Shown: positions 8,632-19,714 of the stretch, in pieces
Layout: every line of letters starts with the position of its first letter
How positions within the stretch are numbered: the stretch's first letter is position 1
DNA from: Planctomycetota bacterium
GTDB taxonomy: Bacteria > Planctomycetota > JAJSAM01 > JAJVHW01
Reading direction: 5' to 3'
Length of the DNA: 64,000 bases
NCBI GenBank assembly: GCA_965248445.1
Contig: CBDFJG010000001.1
Coordinates: 479,885 to 543,884 of the forward strand
Notes under the pieces: model-generated
The model's input: the letters and a program-made list of their open reading frames with translations, nothing else
Databases searched by the model: none
What the model was told of the DNA's origin: nothing
Program-made: the position numbers and the translations under genes

Positions 8632-9638
8632 TGCAGGTCCTCTGGCAGCATCACCTCCGCCTCGGAGAGCGTGCGGAGGAGATCGGGCGGGAGCGGACTC
8701 GTCACGCGCAACTGCTCGCCGGACCGGGTCGGGTGATCGAGCTCGATGCGCCATGCGTGCAAGAACTGCCGCCACAGGCCGGCCCGGTCGCGGAAGCGCC
8801 CGTTCGTGCCACGATCGCCGTAGACGGGATCGCCCACGATCGGGAGCTTGGCGTGCCGAAGGTGCGCGCGAATCTGGTGCGTGCGGCCGGTGTGAGGTCG
8901 GGCCGCGACGAGGGAGAACGCGCCGTCCGCTGAACACGCGCGAACGCGGAACTCCGTCGTCGCCGACTTGGCGCCGCTTCCGCGCGACACGCGCACGTGG
9001 GCCCCTCGCCGTCCCGCCGCGGACTCGCGGAGCAGCGGCGCGTCGACGACGAACTCCTCGTGCTGGGGAGCCCCCACAACGAGTGCCAGGTAGTGCTTGG
9101 TGACGGTGCGCGCACGGAACGCCTCGGTGAGACCGCGCAACCCCGGAGCCGACCGGCCGGCGAGCACGAGACCGCTCGTGCCGCGGTCGAGGCGGTGCGC
9201 GATCGAGGCGCGGAAGGTGTGTGCGCCACCCGCGGGGGCGAGTTCGGCGACCAGTCGCTCGAGCGTCGGCTCGTCGGGGTTGTCACCCGACTGGGAGAGG
9301 AGCATCGGCGGCTTGTCGACCGCCAGGACGTCGTCGTCTCGATGCAGCACGACGAGTGCCTCGCGGCTCCGTGCCTCGGGGGCGGAGCGCGCCCCGGCTC
9401 GCCTCGCGCGCAGCGACTCGAGCTGTGGCCCCGAGAGGCGCAACTCGACGACGTCTCCGTCGGCCAATCGCTGGTCGGGTCCCGACTTCCGGCCGTTCAC
9501 CCGCGCCTTGCCTGTTCGGAGGAGCTTGAAGACGTGCCCGAGGGTGGCCGACGGCAGCAGTTTCCGGAGAAACCGATCCAGGCGCTGGCCGGCGTCGTCG
9601 CGGCCGATGGCGAACGTCGGGTGGGTCGAGTCATCCAT
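8628..9638 (-). CDS. RluA/RluC-family pseudouridine synthase with S4 domain
   Basis: 'GQRLDRFL', 'HRLDRGTSG', 'TGRTHQIRAH', 'PIVGDPVYG', 'QFLHA'. Confidence 0.93.
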   Translation of the reverse strand: MDDSTHPTFAIGRDDAGQRLDRFLRKLLPSATLGHVFKLLRTGKARVNGRKSGPDQRLADGDVVELRLSGPQLESLRARRAGARSAPEARSREALVVLHRDDDVLAVDKPPMLLSQSGDNPDEPTLERLVAELAPAGGAHTFRASIAHRLDRGTSGLVLAGRSAPGLRGLTEAFRARTVTKHYLALVVGAPQHEEFVVDAPLLRESAAGRRGAHVRVSRGSGAKSATTEFRVRACSADGAFSLVAARPHTGRTHQIRAHLRHAKLPIVGDPVYGDRGTNGRFRDRAGLWRQFLHAWRIELDHPTRSGEQLRVTSPLPPDLLRTLSEAEVMLPEDLQ

Positions 9639-9684
9639 GCGGGCTTTGCGCTATCCTCCCCGCGGACGTGCGGAGGGCAGAACG

Positions 9685-10377
9685 ATGCCGAAGCTAGTGA
9701 TCGAAACCGGCCGGAAGGCCGGGCGCGGCGTGCAGATCTCGAAGGCAGCGATCGTGGGCCGGGCCGAGTCCGCGGATCTGCGGATATCGGACGGCAAGGC
9801 GTCCCGAGAGCACTGCCGGGTCTTCCAGCAGGCGGGCGCATGGGTCGTGGTGGACCTGAACTCCCGCAACGGGATCCAGGTCAACGGCGTCAAGACCACA
9901 CGCAAGAACTTGAACGACGGCGACACGATCATGATCGGTGAGACCGTCATCGCGTTCCGCGGGGGCGGATCTCCGGCGGCAGCCACTCCGGACGTCGACG
10001 AGATCGACATCGGCGGAGGAGGAGGAGCCGCTGCGCCGGTCGTCAAGCCGACCCGTCCGGCGCAGCAGCCCTCCCGGCCCGCCGCGCGGAAGGGAGGCGG
10101 TGCAGCAGCAAAGGCGAAGGAAGCCGCCTTCGCTGCCGCGCGTGCGGACTCGCGGGCCGCCCGTCAGTCTGCGAGCGCCGCGCCGGCGAAGGGCATCGAG
10201 GTGCGCGACGACGTTCTGCAGTTCAGCAAGATCGACGCGAACAAGGCGTCGGTCTTCCAGACCGACCTGTCGCAGCACGGGGGGGCCGCGACGTGGATGA
10301 TCTGGGCCGGGGGCCTCGGATTCGTGGCGCTCTTGATGTTCCTGATCATCAAGCTGCTCGGCGTCACTGCCGGATAG
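9685..10377 (+). CDS. FHA-domain protein with C-terminal membrane anchor
   Basis: FHA motifs 'IVGR', 'ASREHC', 'DLNSRNG', 'LNDGDTIMIG'; single C-terminal TM helix. Confidence 0.88.
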   Translation: MPKLVIETGRKAGRGVQISKAAIVGRAESADLRISDGKASREHCRVFQQAGAWVVVDLNSRNGIQVNGVKTTRKNLNDGDTIMIGETVIAFRGGGSPAAATPDVDEIDIGGGGGAAAPVVKPTRPAQQPSRPAARKGGGAAAKAKEAAFAAARADSRAARQSASAAPAKGIEVRDDVLQFSKIDANKASVFQTDLSQHGGAATWMIWAGGLGFVALLMFLIIKLLGVTAG

Positions 10378-11413
10378 CGAGAGACCGTTCCGCCGCCGCA
10401 ACCAGAGCCTCGGCGGCCGCGTCCCATGTGAACGACCTGGCGCGGGCGACCGTCCGTCGATCCGGCGCAGGCGCGTCTCCAGACGACGCCGCCAGCAGTG
10501 CGGCGGTCCACGCGTCGCGGTCGTTGCAATCGAGCAGCGCGACCCCGGCCCCGGCCACCTCCCGCACGGCGGCGCAGTCACCGGCCAGCACGGGCGCCCC
10601 GAGCGAGAGCGCCTCGAGCACCGTCATCCCGAACCCCTCGTAGCGGCTCGGGTGCACGACCGCGGTCGCGCCCCGCACGAGCCCGACGATCTCCCCGTCG
10701 GTCAGCACGCCGCGGCAATCCACGAGCCCGCGTGCGACCAGCGGGGGGTGGGCGCGCACGATCGCCTCAAATCGCTCGCGCTCTCGGCCCACGACCACCA
10801 GCGGGCGGACAGGGCCGCTCTCGGCCGCCGCCGAGAGAGCCGCGCAGAGCATGTCGAAGCCCTTGCGGGGGTCCGGAGGCCCGATCCACACGAACGGTCC
10901 GCCACCCTCCCAATCGCCGCCCTCGCACCACGGCCGGGAGAGTCCGTTCGGCACGACGGCGATGCGAGCTGGGTCCACGTCCAAGCGCTGCGTGCACTCG
11001 TCACCGACCGCCCGCGTCGGCGTGACCACGAGCGCGGCGCGCCGGGCGATCGGTCCCAGCAGCGAGTGCCGCGCGAGGCCCCGCACCGTGCGTCGCTCCG
11101 AACGGAGAGCGTGCGTCCGAAGGTCGTGCACGGTAACCGCCGTCGGGATCTGCCGGTGCACGGGGTGGTAGTCGGTGACCAACAGGTCGGCGCCGTCGGC
11201 CTCGCGCACTCCGATGTCCAGGCGTCCCGCGGGATCGGCGCCGAGTTCCGTCTCGATCGCCGCGCGCAGCCCGCTCCCGGTCTGCGGTGTGGCCTGCACC
11301 GACACACGAACGTCTCGCCGCAGCAGCGTAGCCACGATTCCGACCGCCCGGTTCCGGGCGCCGCTCGGGAGCTTGTCGTAGCGCGTCGCGTTGACGGCGA
11401 CGTGCCGGATCAT
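10364..11413 (-). CDS. Glycosyltransferase family 4
   Basis: 'TVHDL', 'PRKG', 'PSRYEGFGMTVLEAL', 'FTWD'. Confidence 0.88.
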   Translation of the reverse strand: MIRHVAVNATRYDKLPSGARNRAVGIVATLLRRDVRVSVQATPQTGSGLRAAIETELGADPAGRLDIGVREADGADLLVTDYHPVHRQIPTAVTVHDLRTHALRSERRTVRGLARHSLLGPIARRAALVVTPTRAVGDECTQRLDVDPARIAVVPNGLSRPWCEGGDWEGGGPFVWIGPPDPRKGFDMLCAALSAAAESGPVRPLVVVGRERERFEAIVRAHPPLVARGLVDCRGVLTDGEIVGLVRGATAVVHPSRYEGFGMTVLEALSLGAPVLAGDCAAVREVAGAGVALLDCNDRDAWTAALLAASSGDAPAPDRRTVARARSFTWDAAAEALVAAAERSLAIRQ

Positions 11414-12516
11414 CGCGACTGCCAGGCCGATTGGGCCGCCTCGATCAGCACGCCGAGAAGCCGACCCGCGCTGCGCGTCCACGTGGCGGCCATCGCACGC
11501 TCGCGCCCCGCCGCGATCAGCCGCTCGCGAAGCCCCATGTCCGTGGTCGCGCGCAGCAGTGCCACCGCGAACTCATCATCGTCGTCCGGTCCGGTCACCA
11601 AAGCCGCATCGCCGACGACGTCGGGGAGGGCTCCCATTCCGCGCACGATGCTCGGGACCGCGCGGGCCATCGCCTCGAGGACCGGCAGCCCGAAGCCCTC
11701 GGCCACCGACGACACGGCGAGCGCCGCTGCGCCGTCGAACAGCGCCAAGAGCAACCCGTCGTTGACGTATCCGGCGTGATGCACACCCGGGGCCAGCCGA
11801 CGGGGCACCGGACCGGGCCCGGCCAGCACGAGCGGCAGATCGCCGCCGCGCAGCCGGTAGCGCGCGTACGCCCGCAGCAGGAAGGGCAGGTCCTTGCGCG
11901 GACGATCCCCCCCGACGTGCAGGAGATACGGCGCCGCGGGAACGTCGTGCAGGCGGCGCAGCCTCTCCGAGCCGGTCTCATCGCGCGGAAGCAGGAAGCA
12001 CGCCGCCACGCCGTGCGGCACCACGCGCACGCGGGCCACGGCGTCGGGGGCGGCGTCGGCGATCTGGGAGCGCGTGTACTCGCTCGGCACCACGATCCGC
12101 GACGCGTCACGCGCCGCCATGCGCAGGCGCACGCGCTGCACGCGTTCGCGGACGGCTCCTTCGATGGCCGGTTGCACGAGCCACGGGAGTTCGTGGATCG
12201 TCGAGACCCGGGGGACTCTCGTACGTACCGGGATCGCGCTGACGGGCGACCAGAGCACTTGCACACCATGGCTGCGCAGCGCGGGCGCCAGCCGGGTCTC
12301 GCGCCAGATCGCCAGCGGCTCGTGCCCGCCCAGCCCGACGCTCTGCACCGAGGGATGCGTGCCGCTCGGCGGCTCCAGCGCTTCCCGCGACAGCAGGACG
12401 ACCTCGTCGCCCGTCCGCAGCACGCCCGGCAGAGCGCGCAACGACTCCCGTGCCGCCCGCTCGACGCCGGTCGGGCGGGGCAGTTCGAGAACGCTGACGT
12501 CAACGGCGATGCGCAC
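11410..12516 (-). CDS. Glycosyltransferase family 4
   Basis: 'TGVER', 'TIHEL', 'PRKDL', 'EGFGLPVLEAMA'. Confidence 0.88.
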   Translation of the reverse strand: MRIAVDVSVLELPRPTGVERAARESLRALPGVLRTGDEVVLLSREALEPPSGTHPSVQSVGLGGHEPLAIWRETRLAPALRSHGVQVLWSPVSAIPVRTRVPRVSTIHELPWLVQPAIEGAVRERVQRVRLRMAARDASRIVVPSEYTRSQIADAAPDAVARVRVVPHGVAACFLLPRDETGSERLRRLHDVPAAPYLLHVGGDRPRKDLPFLLRAYARYRLRGGDLPLVLAGPGPVPRRLAPGVHHAGYVNDGLLLALFDGAAALAVSSVAEGFGLPVLEAMARAVPSIVRGMGALPDVVGDAALVTGPDDDDEFAVALLRATTDMGLRERLIAAGRERAMAATWTRSAGRLLGVLIEAAQSAWQSR

Positions 12517-12734
12517 AGTGGTCTGACGGTCCACGGTGGCGGGACCTACGTCAACTTCGGACCCCGGCCGCTCTGTCGTGTCGCCGGGCCTGGCGCCACG
12601 GCATCTGGCGAATGCCGCTACACTGCTGCGTCGGGAGACCGGGCTCGTCGGGGGCTCGCTGTGACTCCCTTGTTCGGCCACACTCCTCGGCCACACTCCC
12701 GCCTCAGGCCGTGCTCACGCCCCGCGAGAACGTC

Positions 12735-13961
12735 ATGACCCATAACACCGCCGCCAGCAAGCGCACGCGTCTGATTGTGATGGCCGTGGCCTTCGCGGCC
12801 GTCGCCGCCGGGGTCGTCTGGAGCCTGCAAGAAGACGACGGCAAGGGGGACGAGCCGCTTGCGCCGGACGCGGCAGGCGGCGGCGACGGTGCCTTCGATC
12901 CCCCGGACCGGGGCGGAAAGACGCCGGGCAGCGCGCTCCCGGTCGGCAACGGGGGCGCGTCCGCCCCGCTCGCCGAACCGCTCCGCCGCCAGGTCGGACC
13001 GCCGCTGCCCGAGGGCACCGAGGTGGACGTCACGGTCGAGTACAAGCAGGGCACGGAGACGCGCTACGAGATCACGCACACCATGCTGCAGGTCGAGCGC
13101 GAGTCGCAGCGCCAAATGGCGCGGCAGAACGTCTACGGCATCACGACGCGCGTAACGCAAGGCGCGAAGAAGGGCAGCGCGGCACGCGTACGGCTGACGA
13201 TCGACTGGATGGTGCGCAGGGCGATCCACCACGACGGCATGCAGTGGGAGTTCGACACGCGCCAACCGGATCAGCGTGTGCGCGACCATCCGAACTTCGC
13301 CCTCGAGATCGTACCGATCATCGCGGTGGTGGACGTGCCGGTGGAATTTGTGATCTCAGCGACGGGCGCGCCGACCGCGGTGGACGGAGCCGAACGCTGG
13401 CGCGAACTCTGGATCGACGCCGTCGAGTCACTCGATCCGGGGCTCTCGCGCAAGAGCGCAAACGAGTACGACGACGATCTCGTGCTTCTGCAGTGGAGCA
13501 CGTGGCTGTTCCCCCCGCTGGGCGGAGGGCCGATGAAGCGGGGCGAGCCGCGCCGGATCGAGTTGCTCGAGGACTACGTCAACGCGCACTACGTCTCGCA
13601 CCTCGGCCCCGCCGACGCCACCCACGACGACGGGACGATCTTCCGGGTGCGGCTCTTGACGAAGGCGGGCAAGCGCGCGCGCAAGGGCGCCTCGCGCTCG
13701 CCCGCGGAGTCTGCCGTGGCGAAGGTCCACGTCCAGGGCGACGCGGACTCGGTTCACGCGGCGTGGCGCTTCGATCGCGAGGCCGGCCGGCTGGCCGACG
13801 CGGAGATCGAGGCCAAGTTCATGATGGTGACGTCCTACCGGGTCGGCACCGGAGCGGGCCCCGGCGCGATCGGCCCCGGCGGGGTCGGAGCGAACTTTCA
13901 GCCGGTCTACCTCGACATCCACCACCACACGCGGGTGGAACGAGTGGCCGACCCCAAGTAG
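12735..13961 (+). CDS. Membrane-anchored hypothetical protein (possibly DUF6263-like beta-rich domain)
   Basis: N-terminal TM helix, Gly/Pro linker, beta-rich body; family call tentative. Confidence 0.6.
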   Translation: MTHNTAASKRTRLIVMAVAFAAVAAGVVWSLQEDDGKGDEPLAPDAAGGGDGAFDPPDRGGKTPGSALPVGNGGASAPLAEPLRRQVGPPLPEGTEVDVTVEYKQGTETRYEITHTMLQVERESQRQMARQNVYGITTRVTQGAKKGSAARVRLTIDWMVRRAIHHDGMQWEFDTRQPDQRVRDHPNFALEIVPIIAVVDVPVEFVISATGAPTAVDGAERWRELWIDAVESLDPGLSRKSANEYDDDLVLLQWSTWLFPPLGGGPMKRGEPRRIELLEDYVNAHYVSHLGPADATHDDGTIFRVRLLTKAGKRARKGASRSPAESAVAKVHVQGDADSVHAAWRFDREAGRLADAEIEAKFMMVTSYRVGTGAGPGAIGPGGVGANFQPVYLDIHHHTRVERVADPK

Positions 13962-14001
13962 CGTTCCCCCGCCGGGCTGCCGGCTCGAACGGAGGAACCC
14001 C

Positions 14002-15540
14002 TTGCTGCTGCTGGACGGAGAAACGCTCTCACTCGCGGATGCCGTGTGCGTCGCACGGGATCCGGATGCGCGCGTGGGCGTGCCCGACGGCGCCTGGGAG
14101 CGCGTCCGCGCCTCGCGCGCCGTGATCGACGCCGCGCTCCAGGGCGGCAAGCCGGTCTACGGCGTCAGCACCGGTTTCGGCAAGCTGCAGAGCGTCGCGA
14201 TCGCCGCGGGGGACCGCCTGCGGTTGCAGCTGAACCTCGTTCGTTCCCACGCATGCGGCGTCGGTCCGCTGCTCCCCCCGGACGGCGCGCGCCTGATGCT
14301 CCTCCTCCGCATCCAGTCGCTCCTGCGCGGCAACAGCGGAATCACTCCTGAACTCGTCACGCGGTTGGTGGACGTGTTCAACGCCGGCCTGGTCCCGGCG
14401 GTGCCGGAGCAGGGATCCGTAGGGGCGAGCGGCGATCTGGCTCCGCTCGCGCACATGTCGCTGGCCGTGATCGGCGAGGGCGAATTCCGCACGGAGCTCG
14501 GAACGCAGCCGGCGGCCGACGCGCTCGCCGCCGCCGGTCTCGACACGACGTACACGCTGCGCGAGAAAGAAGGGCTGGCGCTGCTCAACGGCACACAGCT
14601 CTCGACGGCCGTCGGGATCCTCGCGCTAGACCACGCCGTCAACAACGTGCGTCACGCCGACGTGGCGACGGCAATGACGATCGACGGACTGATGTACAGC
14701 GCGAAGCCGTTCCGCCCCGCCGTGCAGGCCGTGCGTCCGCATCCCGGACAGATGATGACCGGGAACAACGTGCAGATGCTCCTCGCCGGCAGTGAGATCC
14801 TGGAGAGCCACGCCGGCCCCCACAAGGTGCAGGACGCGTACAGCACGCGCTGTGCGCCGCAGGTGCACGGCGCGGTGCGCGACGCGCTCGCGCACGTGCG
14901 GGACGTGCTGGCGCGGGAGGCGAACAGCACGACGGACAACCCGCTCGTCTTCCCGGACACCGGCGACATCGTCTCGGGGGGCAACTTCCACGCGGAGCCC
15001 GTGGGGATGGCGTGCGACTACATGGCGATCGCCGCGGCCGAGATCGCGTCGATCTCGGAGCGCCGAATCGAGAGCCTCGTCAATCCGGATCTCTCGAACC
15101 TGCCGGCGTTCCTGGCGCCCGAGCCGGGTCTCTGCAGCGGCATGATGATGGCGCAGGTGACGGCAGCCGCGCTCGTGAGCGAGAACAAGATGCTTGCCCA
15201 CCCCGCCACGGTGGACAGCATCCCGACCTCCGCGAATCAGGAGGACCACGTGTCGATGGCCCCCATCGCCGCGCGCAAGGCGCGCCAGATCGCGCAGAAC
15301 GCGCAGACCGTGCTGGCGATCGAGTTCCTCTGCGCCGCGGAGGCGATCGAGCACCGCCGGCCACTGCGCTCGAGCGACGCGATCGAGGCCGTCCACGAAG
15401 CGATCCGCGAGGTCGTCCCCCCACTCACAGACGATCGCGTGTTGTCACCCGACATCCAGGCCGTCCGCGAGCTGATCCGGAACGGGACGCTGCTCGAAGC
15501 CGCGGAGTCCACCGCCGGCCGGCTAGCGGGCCTGCCCTAG
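14002..15540 (+). CDS. hutH: Histidine ammonia-lyase
   Basis: MIO motif 'GSVGASGDLAPL', 'VYGVSTGFG', 'VQDAYSTRC', 'QEDHVSM'. Confidence 0.96.
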   Translation: MLLLDGETLSLADAVCVARDPDARVGVPDGAWERVRASRAVIDAALQGGKPVYGVSTGFGKLQSVAIAAGDRLRLQLNLVRSHACGVGPLLPPDGARLMLLLRIQSLLRGNSGITPELVTRLVDVFNAGLVPAVPEQGSVGASGDLAPLAHMSLAVIGEGEFRTELGTQPAADALAAAGLDTTYTLREKEGLALLNGTQLSTAVGILALDHAVNNVRHADVATAMTIDGLMYSAKPFRPAVQAVRPHPGQMMTGNNVQMLLAGSEILESHAGPHKVQDAYSTRCAPQVHGAVRDALAHVRDVLAREANSTTDNPLVFPDTGDIVSGGNFHAEPVGMACDYMAIAAAEIASISERRIESLVNPDLSNLPAFLAPEPGLCSGMMMAQVTAAALVSENKMLAHPATVDSIPTSANQEDHVSMAPIAARKARQIAQNAQTVLAIEFLCAAEAIEHRRPLRSSDAIEAVHEAIREVVPPLTDDRVLSPDIQAVRELIRNGTLLEAAESTAGRLAGLP

Positions 15541-15555
15541 GAGGCTGTCCGGGTC

Positions 15556-16095
15556 ATGAGCGTGCCGCATCCGCCGATCCACACAGATCGGCTCGTGCTG
15601 CGCCCACTCACGTTCGACGACGTGGATGACGTCTACGCCTACGCGAACGACTCCGAGTGGGTGCGCTACACGCTTGCGGTTCCGTGGCCCTACGAGCGCG
15701 AAGACGCTGTGAAGTGGATCGCGTCACGCACCCTGGTGCCGTGCAAGGCAGGTCAGTGCATGCTCGCCACCGAGTACGAGGGGCACATCATCGGAGCGAC
15801 GGCCCTGCACGCGCGGAGCGAAGGCGTGGCGGAGATCGGCTACTCCGTCGGACGCGCTCACTGGGGCCGCGGCATCGCCGCCGAGGCGTGCCGTGCCCTG
15901 CTCGCCCATGGCTACGGCGATCTCGGTCTCGAGGTCGTGTACGCGCGGATCGACCCCGCGAACGCGGCATCGCAGAGCGTGGTTGGCAAGTTGGGGTTCA
16001 CGTACGAGGGCACGTTGCGAGGCCGTGACCTCCGCCGCGGTGAGCGCGTGGACCACCAGCATTGGAGCTTGCTCGCAACGGAGTGGAACGCGTGA
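15556..16095 (+). CDS. RimJ/RimL-type GNAT acetyltransferase
   Basis: 'TDRLVLRP', 'AEIGY', 'HWGRGIAAEA', 'NAASQSV', 'GFTYEG'. Confidence 0.88.
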   Translation: MSVPHPPIHTDRLVLRPLTFDDVDDVYAYANDSEWVRYTLAVPWPYEREDAVKWIASRTLVPCKAGQCMLATEYEGHIIGATALHARSEGVAEIGYSVGRAHWGRGIAAEACRALLAHGYGDLGLEVVYARIDPANAASQSVVGKLGFTYEGTLRGRDLRRGERVDHQHWSLLATEWNA

Positions 16096-16640
16096 GCGAC
16101 CCGCTGCCCGAGTTGCGAACCGAACGCCTCGTGCTGCGCTCTTTCACGGAGAGAGACGTGGACGCCGTGCTCGCCTACGCCGGCGATCCCGAGGTCTCCC
16201 GCTACATCGGCTTCCTACCGGTGCCGTACGCGCGCAGTGACGCGGAGAGGTTCCTCGCGCAGATCCTGCTCGAAGACACCGCGAAACACGCGCGGTACGC
16301 GATCGAACTGGACGGCGACGTCATCGGATGCTCGAACCTCGACATCGTCCCCGACCACGAGCGCGCGGAGCTGGGATACCTGCTCCGCCACGACGCATGG
16401 GGTCGCGGGTTCGCGACCGAGGCAGCGTCCGCCGTGCGCGACCACGGCTTCCGCCACTACGGCCTCTCACTGGTGCACGCGCACGCGGACCCGCGCAACC
16501 CGGCATCGCTGCGAGTCCTCGCGAAGCTCGGCTTCACGCACGAAGGCACGCTCCGCCGCCGCTGGCGACTGCGCGGCGAGTCGATCGACGTCGTCAGCTA
16601 CTCGCAGACGCGGGAGGAGTGGGACGCAGCAGGGACGTAG
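16092..16640 (+). CDS. RimJ/RimL-type GNAT acetyltransferase (tandem paralog)
   Basis: 'TERLVLRS', 'AELGY', 'WGRGFATEA', 'NPASLRVL', 'GFTHEG'. Confidence 0.88.
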   Translation: MSDPLPELRTERLVLRSFTERDVDAVLAYAGDPEVSRYIGFLPVPYARSDAERFLAQILLEDTAKHARYAIELDGDVIGCSNLDIVPDHERAELGYLLRHDAWGRGFATEAASAVRDHGFRHYGLSLVHAHADPRNPASLRVLAKLGFTHEGTLRRRWRLRGESIDVVSYSQTREEWDAAGT

Positions 16641-16671
16641 CCACGGCGCCGCAGTGGTCGGCGAGCCGGAG

Positions 16672-17577
16672 TCAGTCCTCGACGCGCTCCAGCTTCGACG
16701 AGAACACGTACGTGCCGTCGAGTTCGATATCGCGGGTTCCAGTGTTCAATTCCTGGTGCGTGGACAACGTTCCACTGCGCTCGCTCGTGATCGGCAGTCC
16801 CGTGGCGAGATCGAGGACGGCCGTGCCCTTGATGCCCCACTTCGTCGGGCCGTCGTCGCTGGGCTTCTTCTTCCCCTTGCACGTGGTCGTGATCTTCGTG
16901 GTGCCGTTGCGCGGCGTTCCGATCGCGTAGGTTGCTTCGAGCTCGGCGGGCACGTGAAGGCCGGTCAGCACCAGGTTGAGGTCGACGAAACGCTCGCGCT
17001 TGATCTTCGTGGAGCGCGTGATCGTCTTCTCCGGTACCGGCGCGATGAGCCACTGGAAGAGAGCGCGCGCCTTCGTGTCGTCGTCTTCGTCCTCGAAGTG
17101 GTCCGCCGCTCCGCCCTCCAGCGACTTGATGTCACCCTGCGGTGTGACGGTCAGCGTCGTCGGCTGCTCCACGACCTTGCGCATTCCGGGCAGCCCCTGG
17201 TCCGGCGACTCGCTCTCCCAGTCGTAGGATCTCTTTTCCATGCTGAGATTCGAGTACCAGCCCCTCAGCCGCGTGACGGTGACGACGATCTTCGACGATC
17301 CGTTGCCGAGCTTCTCCCTCAGCGTCACGTCCACGTCCCAGGTGCACTCCGCGTGTTGCGCGGTCCCCTTGCCGCCCATGCTCGGCGTCGAGATGTGACG
17401 GGTGTCCACCTTCTGGAAGTACCGGAACTTGTACGTCTCGCCCTCGACGAGGCGGAGCCCCGGTGCCAGCTCGTTGAGCGGCTCGACCCGGGGTTCGTCC
17501 TGCGCATGAACCGCGCTGCCGGTCACCGAAGCAGCCAGTACGGCGAGCATCGCAATCGAAGTCGTGCGTACGTTCAT
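16672..17577 (-). CDS. Secreted hypothetical protein (possibly DUF6263-like)
   Basis: Signal peptide ending VHA-Q; Lys/Thr-rich beta-strand pattern; strong coding bias. Confidence 0.65.
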   Translation of the reverse strand: MNVRTTSIAMLAVLAASVTGSAVHAQDEPRVEPLNELAPGLRLVEGETYKFRYFQKVDTRHISTPSMGGKGTAQHAECTWDVDVTLREKLGNGSSKIVVTVTRLRGWYSNLSMEKRSYDWESESPDQGLPGMRKVVEQPTTLTVTPQGDIKSLEGGAADHFEDEDDDTKARALFQWLIAPVPEKTITRSTKIKRERFVDLNLVLTGLHVPAELEATYAIGTPRNGTTKITTTCKGKKKPSDDGPTKWGIKGTAVLDLATGLPITSERSGTLSTHQELNTGTRDIELDGTYVFSSKLERVED

Positions 17578-17645
17578 CCGCACGATCCTACCCGTCCACC
17601 GCGGAGGTCTGCCCGCCCGGACTCCGCTAGCGCTACGATCCGCGG

Positions 17646-19310
17646 ATGAGCACCTCGGGACCGCGTCGAGTCACTCCCCCCACCGGCACGAAGCTGCACT
17701 GCGCCAACTGGCAGATCGAAGCGCCGTTCCGGATGATCCAGCACAACCTCGCGCCGGACAACGCGGAGGACCCCGATCATCTCATCGTGTACGGCGGCTC
17801 CGGCAAGGCCGCGCGCAACTGGGAGTGCTTCGACGCGATCCTCGAGTCGCTGCGGACGCTCGCGCCCGATGAGACGCTGCTGGTGCAGAGCGGCAAGCCC
17901 GTCGGCGTGTTCCGGACGCACGTCGGTGCGCCGCGCGTGCTCATCGCGAACTCGAATCTCGTCGGGCGCTGGGCGAACTGGGAGCACTTCCGCGAGCTCG
18001 AAAAGCAGGGCCTGATGATGTACGGGCAGATGACCGCTGGGTCATGGATCTACATCGGCACGCAGGGCATCCTCCAGGGCACCTACGAGACGTTCGCCGA
18101 GGCGGCGCGGCAGCACGCGGACCGAAGCCTCGCCGGGAAGCTCGTCGTCTCCGGCGGACTCGGCGGCATGGGCGGCGCCCAGCCGCTGGCGGCAACGATG
18201 AACGAGGCGACGTTCCTCGGCGCCGATGTCGACCCGGCGCGCATCGCGAAGCGCGTCGAGACGCGCTACCTGGACGAGGTCGCGGACAGCGTGGACGCGG
18301 CGATCGACCGGGCGCTCGCCGCGTGCGCCGCGAAGGAAGCCGTCTCGATCGGCGTGGCCGCGCCGCAAACCGATCTGCTGCGCCGCCTGATCGAGCGCGG
18401 GATCACGCCGTGCCTCCTGACCGACCAGACCAGCGCACACGACGAACTGATGGGATACGTCCCCGACGGTATCGCATTCGAGGCGGCGCTGGAACTGCGC
18501 GACAGCGATCCTGACCGGTACATCGCCGAGTCCCTGCGCACCATGGTCGATCACTGCAAGATGATGGTGACACTGCAGCAGCGCGGCGCGGCCACCTTCG
18601 ACTACGGCAACAACCTCCGCGGACAGGCGCTCGAGAACGGCTACGCGGACGCGTTCTCGTTCCCCGGCTTCGTGCCCGCGTACATCCGGCCGCTGTTCTG
18701 CGAGGGCAAGGGCCCGTTCCGCTGGGTGGCACTCTCCGGCGACCCCGAGGACATCCGCAAGACGGACGACGCGATCTTGCGGCTCTTCCCCGACGACAAG
18801 CCGTTGGCGCGGTGGATCCGGCTCGCACAGGAGCGGGTCGCGTTCCAGGGACTGCCGTCCCGCATCTGCTGGCTCGGCTACGGCGAGCGGGCGCGCGCCG
18901 GACTCGAGTTCAACCGGATGGTGCGCGACGCCGAACTCGCCGCGCCGGTCGTGATCGGCCGCGACCACCTGGACTGCGGCTCCGTCGCGTCACCCAATCG
19001 CGAGACCGAAGCGATGAAGGACGGCACCGACGCCGTCGCCGATTGGCCGATCCTGAACGCGCTGCTCAACACAGCGGCCGGCGCGACGTGGGTGTCGTTC
19101 CACCACGGTGGCGGCGTCGGCATGGGCTACTCGCTGCACGCGGGCATGGTCATCTGCTGCGACGGCACACCCGAGATGGACGAGCGCATCGAGCGCGTGC
19201 TGACCTGCGATCCGGGAACCGGTGTGATGCGGCACGCAGACGCGGGTTACGAACGCGCGATCGACGTCGCACGAGAACGCGGCGTGCAACTTCCGATGCT
19301 CGACGCGTGA
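17646..19310 (+). CDS. hutU: Urocanate hydratase
   Basis: 'VQSGKPVG', '[24 protein letters not shown]', 'GRDHLD', 'HHGGGVGMG'. Confidence 0.97.
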   Translation: MSTSGPRRVTPPTGTKLHCANWQIEAPFRMIQHNLAPDNAEDPDHLIVYGGSGKAARNWECFDAILESLRTLAPDETLLVQSGKPVGVFRTHVGAPRVLIANSNLVGRWANWEHFRELEKQGLMMYGQMTAGSWIYIGTQGILQGTYETFAEAARQHADRSLAGKLVVSGGLGGMGGAQPLAATMNEATFLGADVDPARIAKRVETRYLDEVADSVDAAIDRALAACAAKEAVSIGVAAPQTDLLRRLIERGITPCLLTDQTSAHDELMGYVPDGIAFEAALELRDSDPDRYIAESLRTMVDHCKMMVTLQQRGAATFDYGNNLRGQALENGYADAFSFPGFVPAYIRPLFCEGKGPFRWVALSGDPEDIRKTDDAILRLFPDDKPLARWIRLAQERVAFQGLPSRICWLGYGERARAGLEFNRMVRDAELAAPVVIGRDHLDCGSVASPNRETEAMKDGTDAVADWPILNALLNTAAGATWVSFHHGGGVGMGYSLHAGMVICCDGTPEMDERIERVLTCDPGTGVMRHADAGYERAIDVARERGVQLPMLDA

Positions 19311-19356
19311 ACGCTTCGCCCCTTCGTGCGTCCAACGGCGCACAGGAGGTGAACGA

Positions 19357-19671
19357 ATGAACATTCCGAACAGAATCACGACCATGGCGCTTTGTGCGCT
19401 GCTCGCCGGTTGCGCCGGCTCCACGTCCGAGGACGGTGATGAGATCGCGCGCCTCTCGAACGACGGCAACGTGTTCGCGCCGGGCACGCCCGAATCCGAG
19501 GTCCGTGCCCGCATGGGTGAACCCCGGCGCGTCGTCTCGACGGCCGGCGGACAACGCTGGACGTACGCAGAGGGTGTCGCGTTCGAACGCCCGCAGCATG
19601 CGGTGGTGACGACACTGACGTTCGCCGGCGGACGCCTCACGGGCGTCGAGAGCTACAGCGCGGACGACTGA
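19357..19671 (+). CDS. Small lipoprotein (BamE/SmpA-like fold possible)
   Basis: SD CAGGAGG, lipobox LAGC, 'EVRARMGEP...WTY' pattern. Confidence 0.65.
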   Translation: MNIPNRITTMALCALLAGCAGSTSEDGDEIARLSNDGNVFAPGTPESEVRARMGEPRRVVSTAGGQRWTYAEGVAFERPQHAVVTTLTFAGGRLTGVESYSADD

Positions 19672-19714
19672 GGCCGCGGCAGCGGCGAATGCGGAAGGGC
19701 CGCGAACTGTTAGC

